In this document: piece by piece, positions 1 to 13,656 of the stretch | Position numbering within the stretch: the first letter of the stretch is position 1 | Layout: each line of letters starts with the position of its first letter | NCBI GenBank assembly: GCA_021613535.1 | Contig: CP075494.1 | Location: 6,696,001-6,760,000, forward strand | Direction of reading: 5' to 3' | Length of the DNA: 64,000 bases | Source: Adineta vaga | Lineage: Eukaryota > Animalia > Rotifera | Notes under the pieces: generated by a model | Seen by the model: the letters and a program-made list of their open reading frames with translations, nothing else | Databases searched by the model: none | Told to the model about the DNA's origin: nothing | Translations under genes and position numbers: made by a program

Positions 1-603
1 TATGACGTCTTTCCTAAGAACAAAACTCTCATAATGACTCTTATACATCTTACTAAACATTACAATTAATTTGTGCGTATTTAAGAATATTATAATTACT
101 CATGTGAAAATCCTATTTCGTTTATTTCCCATTGTGCTCCTAACCCGGTAAGCAATCCTAATTAAAGTCTGATAAGATTGTTTAATGATTTAAATCCTAC
201 AATCAATAATATTATTCTAACAGATATATTTGACAATGTATATCTGTAAAAATCTTACTACACAGATTAATTATTTTTCAAGCAGCTGAGTGTTTCGCAC
301 GCTCAGATGACCATCTACAAATTTCATTGGTTGATTTTCAACCAATAAAATCTATTCAATCAATCCTCTACGAAAAAATTTATATTCATTTCAGTTTTTT
401 TTTCGAGAATAGAGTTATACTTTCATTGGTAGTCTTTTTATCCATATATCGAAACTTGTCAAGCAAAAAAAAACTTGAACAAACTTTTATACGTACGACC
501 TTGCCTTTAGCTGTAAGCGATATCCTTCCTTCGAGCATCGCTATTGGCATTAAGACGATAGATATAAAAGAGAAAAGAAATACGATAACTTACTGTTGTG
601 TTG

Positions 604-1380
604 ATGGCTAATAAATTAAATCCTCATCAAAGTGTACCAATTAAATTAGTAATAGTTGGTGATGGAACTGTCGGCAAAACTTGTATGTTAATTTCATTTA
701 CAAGTAATACATTCCCGGAAGAATATATCCCAACAGTGTAAATCAAATCAATGTATTTTTATTTACAACCTATTAATTAATGTTTTGTTTTAGTTTTGAT
801 AATTATACATCGAATATCATTGTTGATAATGTTAAAGTTTCACTTGGTTTATGGGATACAGCTGGTCAAGAAGATTATGATCGACTTCGACCATTATCCT
901 ATCCTCAAACGGATGTATTCGTTCTTTGTTTTAGTGTAATTAGTCCAACATCATTTACAAATATAATTAATAAATGGATGCCTGAAATTCGACATCATTG
1001 TCCAGATAAGCCAGTTATTTTATGCGGTTTGTTATTGAATAGGTTTTACTCTATTTTTTTTCAATGTAATGATTAATTCATTTTTTAGGAACAAAAATTG
1101 ATTTACGTGAGGATCGAGATTTTGTTAATCAGTTACAAAAACAAAATATTCAACCAATTAAACGTGAACAAGGACAACGTTTATGTAAAAAAATTCGTGC
1201 TTCTAAATATGTTGAATGCTCAGCATTAACACAAAAAGGTCTTAAACAGGTTCGTGTTTATGTCGATAAAGTAACATCTTTTCAATTTTCTTTGTTTTAA
1301 AGGTTTTTGATGACGCTGTTCGTGCTGTATTATCACCAAAAACAACCAAAGTATCCAAAGCATCATGTCTTTTATTATAA
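604..1380 (+). CDS. Rac-family small GTPase, Mtl/MIG-2-like (4 exons)
   Basis: Spliced translation [26 protein letters not shown]...YIPTVFDNY...[18 protein letters not shown]...TKIDLR...CLLL* (CAAX box). The GDGTVGKT P-loop is typical of the Mtl/MIG-2 subgroup. Confidence 0.93.
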
Positions 1381-1564
1381 ATAGAAGATACGAGAATGTT
1401 TGAATCTCATTTAATACCGTTTTTCTTTTGTTTTTTATTCATTTTTTTAATCTTTCCAATTCTTTTTTACGCAAAACTATAACACAATTTTGTTTTCATA
1501 TAATGCATGGGTTTTTGTTTTGTTACTATGAAATAAATTTTTCTTTAGATATTCATACATCTGA

Positions 1565-1942
1565 ATGCCTGTAAAAGAAGTCTACTATAGTGATTCATAC
1601 AAAGATGATATATATGAATATCGGCATGTCATTTTACCACCTGAACAAGCTCAAATTGTTCCACGAACTCATTTACTTACCGAAACAGAATGGAGAAATT
1701 TAGGTAGGAAGATTCTAAGAAGAAAGTGTGTGAATGAAACTTGTTGTCTCTATAGGATTACAAATGTCTGCTGGATGGACACACTTTATGAATCATAATC
1801 CAGGTATGAATGAGAAGGCTTCATTTTTAAATTGATGATCTTATATTTTCTTGTAGAGATATAATCAAATTTGAGTATTCTTTTCGTTTTAGAACCACAT
1901 GTTTTAATTTTTCGTCGTCCATTGAATTTCTCCATAAAATGA
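1565..1942 (+). CDS. CKS1: Cyclin-dependent kinase regulatory subunit Cks1/Suc1 (3 exons)
   Basis: YYSDSYKDDIYEYRHVILP...LLTETEWRNLG|LQMSAGWTHFMNHNP|EPHVLIFRRP. Confidence 0.92.
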
Positions 1943-2754
1943 TTTATTTAGATCGTCTTAGTTTGTTTGTATATCGAAATCGTCGTCAGATATAATATGT
2001 TTTTTCTTTCATGTTTCTAATAAAAGTGAAATAGAATAAAATATTTATCGAATTCTATTTTCTTCTTGGCTTGGAAAGATATGGTTGTTGCATTGCATAC
2101 TTAACATATTCCATTATAGTAATTAGATAAGAAAGTATGCACAAAATGCTTTTGTTTTACAAAATAAATGCAAGTCATGAAAACATTTCAAGTTTTATAT
2201 TCCATTAGTTTGATATTGTTAGAATTGCTGCTCGAATAATTCCACTCATATCCTTAATTTTACGTCTTTATAAATGAAATGAATTTGTCGATACGCTCAA
2301 GTACACATTCACATTTACTATAAGCTAAAAATGCTAGTTTACATATGTGGGTGTCACATGTTAGTTTTCATCAATTAAGAAAAATTAAAGAATTGTATAG
2401 TTTTATACAAAACAATAAACCGGTAGAATGACCTATTGGATTGATATAACTAGATACTTATTTTGCCAATAAATAATGTTGACTAGATCTTCCCTTTTTC
2501 AAAAAAACATGTCATTATAGTCCGTGAGCATTTTCATTTAACATTATTAAAATCTTCGTGAAATTGACGTGAGATTGATCGCATGTAAATTCTCTTTATT
2601 CTTTTCTAATTTTATATTAGATTATCTGAACAGAACAGGTATCCATTTCTCTTTCTAATCGAATTTAAATGATGTTCATGACAGTTGATCAAAACCAGAT
2701 ATTATTTGCATTACATGATGAAATAGAACTGATCTATACTTTCCTAATATAATT

Positions 2755-3042
2755 ATGACTGCACCAGCAACAAACAAACGATATGAGTTTACTCCAACAG
2801 CATCTATTGTCATCTTTATCTTTATTGGCATTGCCTTTCTTATTGGTCTTATCGGACGTTGTCTTGCTCTCAATCGATCAACAGTAGCGAATACTCAAAG
2901 TTTAGATTTGGAGATTTATAGAGCACCACCAAAAGTTTCGATTTCACAACAAAAACTTCGTTCATCATTAGAAGTGCAACATCATTTAACCGACATTCCT
3001 CTTACACCACTTCCAATCCATCGTGGACCCAAAAATCTATAA
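2755..3042 (+). CDS. Small single-pass membrane protein, unknown function
   Basis: 95-aa ATG-started ORF with one hydrophobic helix (ASIVIFIFIGIAFLIGLIG) followed by a polar tail; codon usage resembles neighbouring genes. Confidence 0.55.
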   Translation: MTAPATNKRYEFTPTASIVIFIFIGIAFLIGLIGRCLALNRSTVANTQSLDLEIYRAPPKVSISQQKLRSSLEVQHHLTDIPLTPLPIHRGPKNL

Positions 3043-6000
3043 TTTTGACATATGCTTTTTTTTGTTCTACGTACCTGCTCATTGATATGAAGAATAACGT
3101 CAATATTGTTGTCATTTTTTGTATATTATAATTTTCTTCTTTGTTTAGAAGAGAAAAGTAAATGCCTTGATCTGCTTGAAAAAAAAATCACTTGTACTTT
3201 CGCAACGTGCTTTCGAACCTTGTTTAGATATTAATAGAATCAATTTCTCTTCTCATATAAGTGGAGTTGACAACAAAATTTTTTTCCTTTCGCTGCATTT
3301 ACATGTCCTCTTAGATAGAATTGTTGATGACAGAAAAATGTTCTCTGGAGATTTTCATATCTCGAATGAAATACGTTAGAAGATTGCTTCGTTTATATTT
3401 TTGATTGCATTCCCTTGAAATGTTTAACGAAACGAATCGATGGGAATGTGGTACGTCGTAATTAAGTTCATGAATTATAATGTGCGTAATAAAATACTTG
3501 ATAAAGATATTCTGTTTAATCTACCGATTGACGGCATATAATGCAGTGCAAAGGTACACGTTCATGAGTGAATTGATTTTTCACCCAAACACTCAATAGT
3601 AATTCAAAGAATTCTTCGAAAGGTCTTTTTTATTTCTAATGAAAATGCTCTCTGTACTTCAAATGAGAATATCTTCTCTTTCTCATGACAGGAAAGTAGA
3701 AGATCAAAACATATTTCTCTTGTTTTTATTCATGCAAGATCTTATCAAGTTCTTTCTATAAATATCTCTATCCATACTATCAAATTAAATGTAACATAAG
3801 ATCGATAGACAATTACATATTCTCCTTTATCAGATTTCTGACAAGTTTCATTACTTTTGTTTTTTTTCTTGCATGAATTTTATTCTTAATAGGAAAGCCA
3901 AACAAGAGTACTTAGTTTATGATTCCTTTCTATAAATATTCACACACGATATTTTAGTATAAATGAGCAAGAATCTTTAGTTTCCTATATGAGATGCGTA
4001 TAATCTAAAATATACTCAAGAAAAAGATTATATTTGCGTATTCACTATTTATCAAGTTAGAAAAACGAGAGTTTCTGTTTGTTAATTACATCTTCCTGCC
4101 AAATACAGTTGGAAGTAGTTGTTCCGCTCAAACGAAATAACCTGTTCGTCAGTTTAAATACTTTATTCTTTTAATATTTCATATAAGTATCAACAACAAT
4201 TAGTGGATATACGCTATTTAATAACTCGTTTCATAAATTATTTTCAGACGCTTGAGTTGCGTACTTAAACATTGAAGTAAGAGTCCGATGATATTTATCT
4301 AATACTATATCATAGCGGAAAGATTTTGAACGTAACTGTTCTTTGAGGGTACATGCACATTTTTGTTTTTCCGAAAGGGCATCACACTATGTTTACTTTA
4401 AGTTTTACAGCTAATGAAAGTTTTTCACGAGAATAGATTAGCTATAAAACAGGAAGTTTTCCGGTTACTTTACAGTCAGAAGAGCAAAGCTGTAATATAG
4501 AAATATGTTTTTATGGCCGATAGAGAAGAATTCTAAAATTATTTCGAAGAGTACATGATTATTGAATAGGCATCTTCTTTTTATTTTTCATGACGTAGTA
4601 ATTTGTAAGAACAAATCATTATCATAAATCTATTCTTAGAAAACTTCCGTTCATTTTTCAAATTAATGATTTCAACTGTGTGATGTGATATGAATGTAGT
4701 TTTTCAACATTTAATTGTATATAAATGCACATTTATTATATTGACCAACCAACTATTTCCGCCAAACTCATCTGATAGAGTTCACTAAACATCACTTCTG
4801 GTAACAGACACATATATATATATAGCATTCTTATCTATGGAATTAATAGTTCTTTATTGATAGTAAAGCTCATTTTTCGCTTATGAAATACTATTGAAAA
4901 AATGTAAAAATTAAAGGAAAAGTTGTTCTCTAATAACTATTCCGCTTTTCTTTTCTATCTATGTGAAACAAAGTCAGGCTGTTTTTTTTCATTCTTAGAA
5001 TATTATTGTTTACGATAGTTATATTTACGTTTTATTATCTAATGTAAAGCAGAAACGTTCTTCTTGGTGTTTGAATTCACTCGTAAGTAATCTTAGAAGA
5101 ATATCCTCAACAGTCTCACGAAAATTTGTGATTAGAAACGAAAAATATTTATTAATAATATTTGTGCGATACAGTAGAAAATTACCTTTCAAACATATCT
5201 TTTCATTTTTTTCAGAAAACTCCTACTTTTTCAATATAAATGTTTCTCATACTTCTTCTCGAGGAAAAACATACTTAGGAGATCGTGTTCTTATTGGAAA
5301 AAAATATAATCTTACTATTTTACTTGAAGATTCAATTGAAACTAATCTTTTCATTATATTTTTCTTTCCAATACTGTGATTGATTTCGAAACTTCTTAAT
5401 ATATTTACACTGATGAAGCAATCATTCTTTAAAAAAAAAGATTTTCATTGTGTAATGTGAGTCTGCACTTGATAATTCTATTATCAATAGATGAAAAACG
5501 ATGCCATTAGTATGCCCTTAAACAACGTCATTCATGAAAGTAGAATAAAAATCGTGAAACCTTATCTCTATATAAAACATCAGCGATTGATAAGAATCTA
5601 ATACTTCTAGTCAAATGTCATTCGGAGCATATAGATTGACTATAGTCATAGAGTCTAAACGTTGACATTAGAGCTAGAACGAAGAATAATTACAATTTGA
5701 TGATCAATGAATACTGATATCATATCAACTGTAATTATAATATTAAACTGATTAGCATTTTCGATTATATTATATCTATGAAATAACGATATGTTCGAAT
5801 CTAGTTAATCTTATTTAAAGTGAAGAATGTTCTTATAGAATAGCTTTCAACTAACTATTTGTAGACGTGATTGTTGAGAATTATTGGACATGACGACCTT
5901 CTATCATTAATTGCCTGTTATAATAGATCTGTTAAGATTGGAAAATAACACTTCCAGTTGGTTTCGAATAACAGATGTGCACATTTGAATATAGTTTTTC

Positions 6001-7490
6001 TTACAAATTGATGTTCACACTCAATTTGATTATTAGAAAAGAACAGCATGTCAGTGTACAAGAATTCAATCATAGAAGTTCTCTATAGTATAATTAAATT
6101 TTCACCCATTGTACAGTTAATTCATAACGTTTTTCATTAGAAATATTTTCTTGTCTTAAGAAAAACAATTTGTTAAATATAATACTTTCCTTTTTTTCCA
6201 TTGTACCATCGATAATATAAACCATACAAACATCGGTGTTTCAAAGCATTCATCTATCATATAATCTCCAGGTAACTATTCTGTTCCTCAAATAATTCGC
6301 ACTACATCATAGGCAATAAATCTTTCTCTTCAAAAAAGCAATACATAAAAGATCAAAGGTCTCTTTCATTGTAGGCACTTCTTCTAATGGAACAAACATC
6401 TGGCGACGTAACATTCGCTATCTCTTAGAGACTTTTTCGAGGAAGTCGGTAGGCTAATTAGAACAGAGATGCATCTACAAATGCATGCATGTTTGGAAAC
6501 AATTACTAAGAGTATATTACGAGAAAACATAATAGTATGTAATCAACTTGTTTTTTTTTATTGAGTCCTATATCTATTTTGGAATGAAGTTAAATAAGAT
6601 TTCTCCACAGTTGAAATGCAATCTTTCGTTGCGTTTGTTTCTTTTATTCTTAGGGAATTCATTTATGGCTTTCTCTCGTGAGTAAGAACTAAACTTTGCA
6701 GTTGCGTGTAACGATCATTTTTAATGCAATTAATAGAATTTTCTAGTTAAATATAACCATTCGTTAGTGTGCGTATTTGTGACTGAATCGTCCAAACTAT
6801 TCAGATTAGCATTGTAGATCAAGAACTACATCTATATTTATTTCACATGGACATTTTTGAGACAACGAGAGAGATAATTATAAATGAAAATTGAAATGAT
6901 CGATTAGATTATATTGGGAGTAATTTGATGAGAATAATCCCGATCAAATATCGACAGTAAAATGTCACTGCAATGTTTCTTCAAAATTATAATTTTCCTT
7001 TGTCGTCATCGTTTTCTATACGTAATCAATCTAATAGAAGTGAATCGAGTAGTTTCTACTATGAAGTACTTCTATTCACTGAAATGAACTGTGCTTCATG
7101 AAATAAATATTCCAGTAGCGTTTTTCAATTCAGTTAATTGGCAGCAAGGAATAAGGATCGTTTTACGTATATTTATATTGAACATCTGGAATACACTCGC
7201 GTATATGACACTTTAAATGAAAAGAATTGAAATATTTATCGACCACTAAGGGCTGAATAAAGGCATTTCATGAGGGAAATCTTTGCCTCATATAGTGTTC
7301 AAAAGATAAAAGACAAATTTCAGGAATATTTTATTTCTTTTCTTTCTTTATAATCACATTATATTCGTCACGTCAAAACAGGAAAGTATGTTCTCAACAT
7401 GAACAGAAGAAAACCGTTCTTTTTTTTATCTACGTCATTTTCAAGCTATAGGAAACATTTATATCTTTTGCAGATTTAAACAAAAAAATA

Positions 7491-9140
7491 ATGGAAACCA
7501 AATCTTCGAAAAACATCATTGTCAATACAACGATTATAAATGAATCGATTGTTCATCACGATACTTTTATGTTATTTGCTGGTCATCTTTTATTGATATT
7601 TTATTGTTTGATATTTCTCCTCGGTTTACTCGGTATGTTAGTTTTTCATAGAAAATTCTCAATCAAACTAAATTCAATGGTTTATTTTAGGTAATTCAGC
7701 AGTTATCTTTGTTGCTATTCGAAAGTATAAATATCGAAATGTTACCAATTGTTATGTGATTAATTTAGCTCTAGCTGATTTATTATTCTTAATCGTTTCT
7801 ATACCACCTACAACATATTTAGGTTTAGTTAATAACTATCCATTTAGTGAGATAGTTTGTAAAATTCATACGTATCTTGCATATGTAAGTAGATTTGAAG
7901 AGGTTTGTAGAGAGATCTTTGATTCGTTGAATTTTAGGTATTTCTTCTTGCTACTTGTAATACACTAGCAGCAATGAGTATTGATCGTTATTATTATATT
8001 GTTTTACCCAAATCAAAACTGCAATGGCGTACACCTTATACAGCTTTTCTAATTTGTTTGGTCATTTGGGCTAGTATGTTAATCGAAAAACGATTTATTT
8101 TGAAATAAAATTAATCATGTTTCTCTTCAAATAGGTTCACTTGCTTTTATTGTTCCTTATCATTTTGTTTTATATATTGTCGCATCGAATTATAGAACTT
8201 GTGGTGGAAATAATCATGACAATTTTCTCGTTTGTTTTCTTGTTTTCTCTTCTTATTACGCTATTCCACTTGTTATTATTATTGTATGTTATACAAAATT
8301 AGCAATGCATGTTATTCAATCCAATCAATTGATTGCTAGTCATTTAAATACTGTAAGAAAATACTTTTCAAGTGAATGAACATTGCATTTCTCGTATTTT
8401 TTCTTTTTTTAAGAAAAGTGTTTCAAAATTTTTAAAAAAGAAACAACGACGAGTAACAAGAATGGTAAGATTAAATATCTGATGATATCTAACGCATCGA
8501 TAGAAATAGATTTGACTGACAGTTTTCATTTAAAATCATGACATAGATGATAGTACATTAGACTTAAACTTATTCATGTAAATTAATCATAGGTTTAGTT
8601 TCATCAGATATCACACTGTTAAAACAGTCGTACTTCTGTCTTTGAAAACTTCCTTCAAGTTCAAAAAGTCTATAATTAACGTTTCAGGTCATTGTTGTTA
8701 CATTGGTATTTGCTCTCTGTTGGTTACCGATTCATATTCTTGAATTAATGAAATGTGCCAATGTATATATACTTTATACAGCTGCTCATTCTCATCCGAA
8801 AGTTCTCTATACAATTCGTGCATTTTCTCATGCATTAGCATATTTCAATTCCTGTTTAAATCCATATTTATATGCAATATTAAATCGTAATTTTTGTTTC
8901 GATCTTATTAATATAATTCCATCCTATTTCACTTCTTGTAAACAATCAAAAACGATTCGAATATCATATTCAAATCCAAATACTCGATCATTACAAATGA
9001 ATATCTTATCAACTGAAGATTCGCAGAAAAAACAATTAGATGAAGATGATGAAGATGATGATGAAATGTATTATAATGATTCAAACAAAGAGATCAATAC
9101 TGATGTTATCAATTGTCACGTTGAATTACTTCGAATATAA
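7491..9140 (+). CDS. Rhodopsin-class neuropeptide GPCR, galanin/allatostatin-A receptor-like (7 exons)
   Basis: TM motifs GN, NLALADL, SIDRY, CWLP and NSCLNPYLY distributed over GT-AG spliced exons; acidic C-terminal tail. Confidence 0.85.
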
Positions 9141-9370
9141 AATGTAGATTCTTGTTCATTTATTGTTTATACATGAGAAGAAAAAATTAATGAATATTGT
9201 CATATTAGTAATAATTTTATTTGCTGTGGATTTATCACAGATATATTAATTTGTCAAAAACACATAAAAAAAGGAAAGAGAATGCTGATATCATTTGTTT
9301 TTGTTTTTATCGTGCAGATAAAAAGAAAACAAAATCATGCGTTATCGGCAAGAAAACTGTAAAAAAAGAT

Positions 9371-11531
9371 TCAGGAAGAAAGATATTCGTTTTCATAATC
9401 GGCTTGATTAAGTTCATTCCAACGACGTGGAGGATTACGTTTGGAATAACGAAGTGATACTAGATGTCCAACTTCATCCATTGCTTTCAAAGCCTATAAA
9501 AAAAGAAAGAAAAAAGATAATATTTCTCATAAATAGGCAAGAAATTTCTTCGTTTTGAGTATTTACATGATCAAGCATTTCTTTGGTATGACCAGCTGAA
9601 ATACAGAATCGTACACGTGATTCAGTCAATGCAGTGGCAGGAAATCCAACCGTAACCACAGCACAACCACGTTTTAACATTTCACGATTGACAGCACTGA
9701 AAAACAATTTGTGATTAATAGAACAATTTTTAAATCTAATCAAATCTTACGCTATCTTAGCAGGCATAAAAATCATCACTGGAACGACAGGTGAATTATC
9801 ATTTCCATAGACAATAAAACCCATATCAACAAGTTGACGACGAAAATAACGTACATTACAAGCTAATTGTTGAATACGTTTTTGACCTAGAAAAAAAAAT
9901 TCATTTTGATTAACTGAAAAGAAGGCTTCTATTTCTTACCAGCATTTGTTCCATCAAGACCCATAATGATGCTCAAAGCAGATATGATTTGATATACAAT
10001 AGGTGCAGACATACTGGGAGAATAACAACCTGAATGTGTATAGATTCGAATATGATCAATTAATGTCTAAAAAAGTCAAACGATATATTAACATTTTTCT
10101 TTACAATTAAATTCGATCTTACCTTTTTTCCAGCAATATAACCACCAGCTGATCCAAAACTTTTCGTAAATGTACCCATATGTACATCAATATCATTAGG
10201 ATCAGCATTCCAATAATCAACAACACCACGACCGTGAGAACCAATAGCACCTACAGAATGTGCTTCATCCATATAAATATATGCTTTATATTTTTTCTTT
10301 AATGCAATTACTTCCGGTAGTTTACATAATGAACCCTCCATACTAAAGGTCAATGTCAATAGGAAATAGAATAATGAAAAGAAAGGTATTCATTTTTACC
10401 TATAAACACCTTCGACAACAATTAAAATTTTTTTCCATGGACGACATGTTCGAGGTTGACCATGAATAATTGCATCACGTAATTGAAGTTCCAAATCTTT
10501 CATATCTAAAAAGAAAAATAAAGATATTAGCCATAAATTACACTTCATTTCTATTATCTAATTCGAAAATACTAACCATTATGTTCAAATTTTCGAATAA
10601 CTGCACCCGATAATCGAGCACCAAGTATTAAAGAAGTATGATTAAGTGTATCACTAAGTATTAAATCACCCTACAAAACAAAGAAGTGATTGAATCTTTG
10701 TTTATATATATATAAATGAGCGACTTACTTTGCCAGCAATTGCAGGAATATTCAAAGCATTCGTAGCAAAACCCATACCAAATGCAATACAATCTTCGAC
10801 ATTTAAATATTTTGCCATTAATTTTTCTAATTCAACCATATATTGTTGTGTACCTAATTCATGACGTGTACTACACGTTGCAACACCATATTTTTCAATT
10901 GATTTTATAGCTTGTTCAGAACATGGACCAGAATTTTCCGCAAAACCCAAATAATTATATGAACCTAAATTAATCGATGGTAATTTTTTACCACTAAATC
11001 TAAACAGATCAAATCAATCATTATATTTACAATTTAATCAATCAAAAGTTCTTCTTCTTACTTGAATGTCCAATTAAAATCATCAGAAACGCGTTCCATG
11101 ACATCAACTTTAGCTCCGGCAACACTAGCAATCGGTTGATTGAATACATCACGTATACGTGTATATAAATTTCGTGTATAAAAACATTCATAACTTTGAT
11201 AAAGTGGCACAAAATCCTTTACAAATAAAGAATACATAATAAACCTATTAAATTTCTTAGTTCCTATTATACTTTAGGATTGGAATCTTGCGATGTTTTC
11301 TTGTCTTCTAAACCGACATTACGAAGAAAATCACGTAACCATCCAAGGGCACTTAAAATTGCATAACCAAGTACGGTAACAACAGCGGTCCATGTTGGTG
11401 TTTCCTCAAATTCTTCGTGTAATTGATCTGATTGCGATAGATTCTAGAAAACGAACGATCGATAAAAAAACCAATGCACATTTGATCTTCTATACCTTCG
11501 ATTTCTTTTTAGATTTTTTCGTTGCAGCCAT
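9371..11531 (-). CDS. SPTLC2: Serine palmitoyltransferase catalytic subunit LCB2 (SPTLC2/3-like), paralog A
   Basis: [23 protein letters not shown]-lysine motif [14 protein letters not shown]...RVRFC; last exon ends ...YENEYLSS*. Confidence 0.92.
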
Positions 11532-12012
11532 CTGAAACGATTTACTCAAGTAGGAAGATAAATGCTAGTGAATAAAAAAATCTCCAATTTATTTTATATG
11601 AAATTGCAACGTCATTGTAATGTTTAAAATAATTTCGTCACCATCACAACATACGGCCACACTCAAAGTATTTATTTACATAATGAATATGACTGAGCGA
11701 AGCATGCATTAACCTCCTTCGAGAATCTAAGCAAAATGAGAAGAAGAAGAAGAAAAAAAAACTTTTCTCGATGCTTCAAGAACATTAGCAAACATTTGAA
11801 GAGTGGCAACACAACTGTCAGTATCGACGCTGTCGGTAAAAACAATCATTTTCTTTGCATCTCATTGGTAACGTGATTCTCATACTATCAAACACGCAAT
11901 ATATATTCGAAACTCTTTAGAATGCACACAATCATAAGTTTACAAAAGATTAGAATAATGAAAAGGATCAACTCACTTTGTTCTCAATCGCATAGAAAGA
12001 GAAAGGGAGAGG

Positions 12013-12140
12013 GAGAGAGAGAGAGAGACAGAGCCAGAGAAAAAGAAACACGAATGCTTAACGAAACGTGACCGTATAGGTAACCTATACGATATCAAGA
12101 CGCGAAATTATCGTTCACCACCACACACACACACACACAC
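12013..12140. repeat. (GA)n and (CA)n microsatellites flanking an 8-bp inverted repeat (CGTATAGG-taa-CCTATACG, 12073-12091)
   Basis: Directly visible in the spacer between the divergent SPT genes. Confidence 0.8.
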
Positions 12141-13656
12141 GAATTAAAGAAGAACGAGAAAGAAAAGAAATATCATTGTATAGTTATGATTCATATACTT
12201 TTCTTCCCAACTATGTTCATAGTATATAGATGAATAGTTGACTACTACCATGGATTTCATAAGAATGTAATAGCTATATGTATAGGATTTCAGAAGAGGG
12301 GGTGTATCGATGTAAAATCTATTTCTATCGAACACCTTCAAGAAGAAAAATATTGAATATAAAAACAAAATCGTATTTTTGATGTCATTGATAGATGCAG
12401 AAAAAAAGAGAGAAAAATATTCTTCTCCGAAGGTTGATTATGTGCCGAGCAAAATTAAAAAACAACATTCGATATTTAAGATAAATTTATGATTTATATT
12501 TATTCATAATTTGTAATCGAATGATGATACTTTACAAAAAACGAAAAAGAAACCAACGCCAATTGAGATGACGTTCTATATTGATTGAAGAATGGTTTAT
12601 TGTCTTTAGTTATGTATATTTATATGCATAATGACAAAAAAAAAGTGATTACGATCGTTTCGTACATTTTCTTTATGCATCACCTTGATAAACTTTTCGA
12701 TCCGAACATTAGACGAATATAATACGAAAGTAAATTTTCTCTGATTGGATTACTTTGTCAATTAACCATGATGTTTTAAGGACAAAGAAAAACTTATCAA
12801 TAGACAAAAGATGATTTACGATATAGCAAAATTACATATTTATATTTAAGTTTTAAAATTGATCATTCAGTAATCTGTATGCAAATCGAAATATTCTTTT
12901 ATATTGTCAATGAAAGACATTGAGTTTTAATATGAAAATGTCCTAGTTGAAAGTTCATTACCATTGCCTTTTTTTAGAATTAATCTAGATGCAGTATTCT
13001 TTTTGATAAGATAGTAGATATATACGAGAAGAAGAAAAAAACTTCTTATGATAACCTGAGTCCTATGAAATATCTTAAACAAATATTCTCAGTTGATTGA
13101 AATGTTTGTTGATGATGGTCTTTTATAGTCCTATGCCATAATGAATGAATGAATATTGTGTCGTATTAATTAATGATTCTCAATATAAAAAACTTGTCAA
13201 AAGAATTAGAATGGAACCGAATTATGCTTTAATTACAGTCGAATAGTCTCATGAATAAACTATCTTTCTTACGCCAGTTAAAATTTTTATTAGATATGAG
13301 ATGTCGACACATGCCATAAATTAATTAAATACATTCTACAGACAAATTGTTGATTGGCTTTCTAGTAATTCTTAAAGTGCTGTAAGTAAAGTAAAACTGC
13401 GACATAAAAATAATTTCATTGATATTCTTTATAAAGTTTTTACTTCAAATGATGTTATCATACTGACTAGATGAATGTATTATCATTCTGTAAATAAAGA
13501 GAAAAAGAAAAGAAAAGTATAAGTGTACAAAAGATAACAGAAAGTCGTAACTGAAAACGAACGTGCACTTTTTTTCTTTCTCGTCTTTTATTAGTTGCAT
13601 TCTTCGACGAATATGCTTGTTTTTCTTCTAGATCGTCGAAGTGAGATCTGTGCAAC

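Noticed and set aside
3043-7460. 4.4-kb gene-free stretch with short ORFs (3167, 5071)
   Set aside because: Non-ATG starts, low-complexity F/I/K translations, and no repeats or transposase motifs recognised; probably GPCR upstream regulatory DNA.
8479-8530. Hammerhead-like core CUGAUGA-UAUC..GAUA-GAAA in the GPCR intron
   Set aside because: No stem III ending in the required NUH cleavage triplet and no convincing stem I on either strand.
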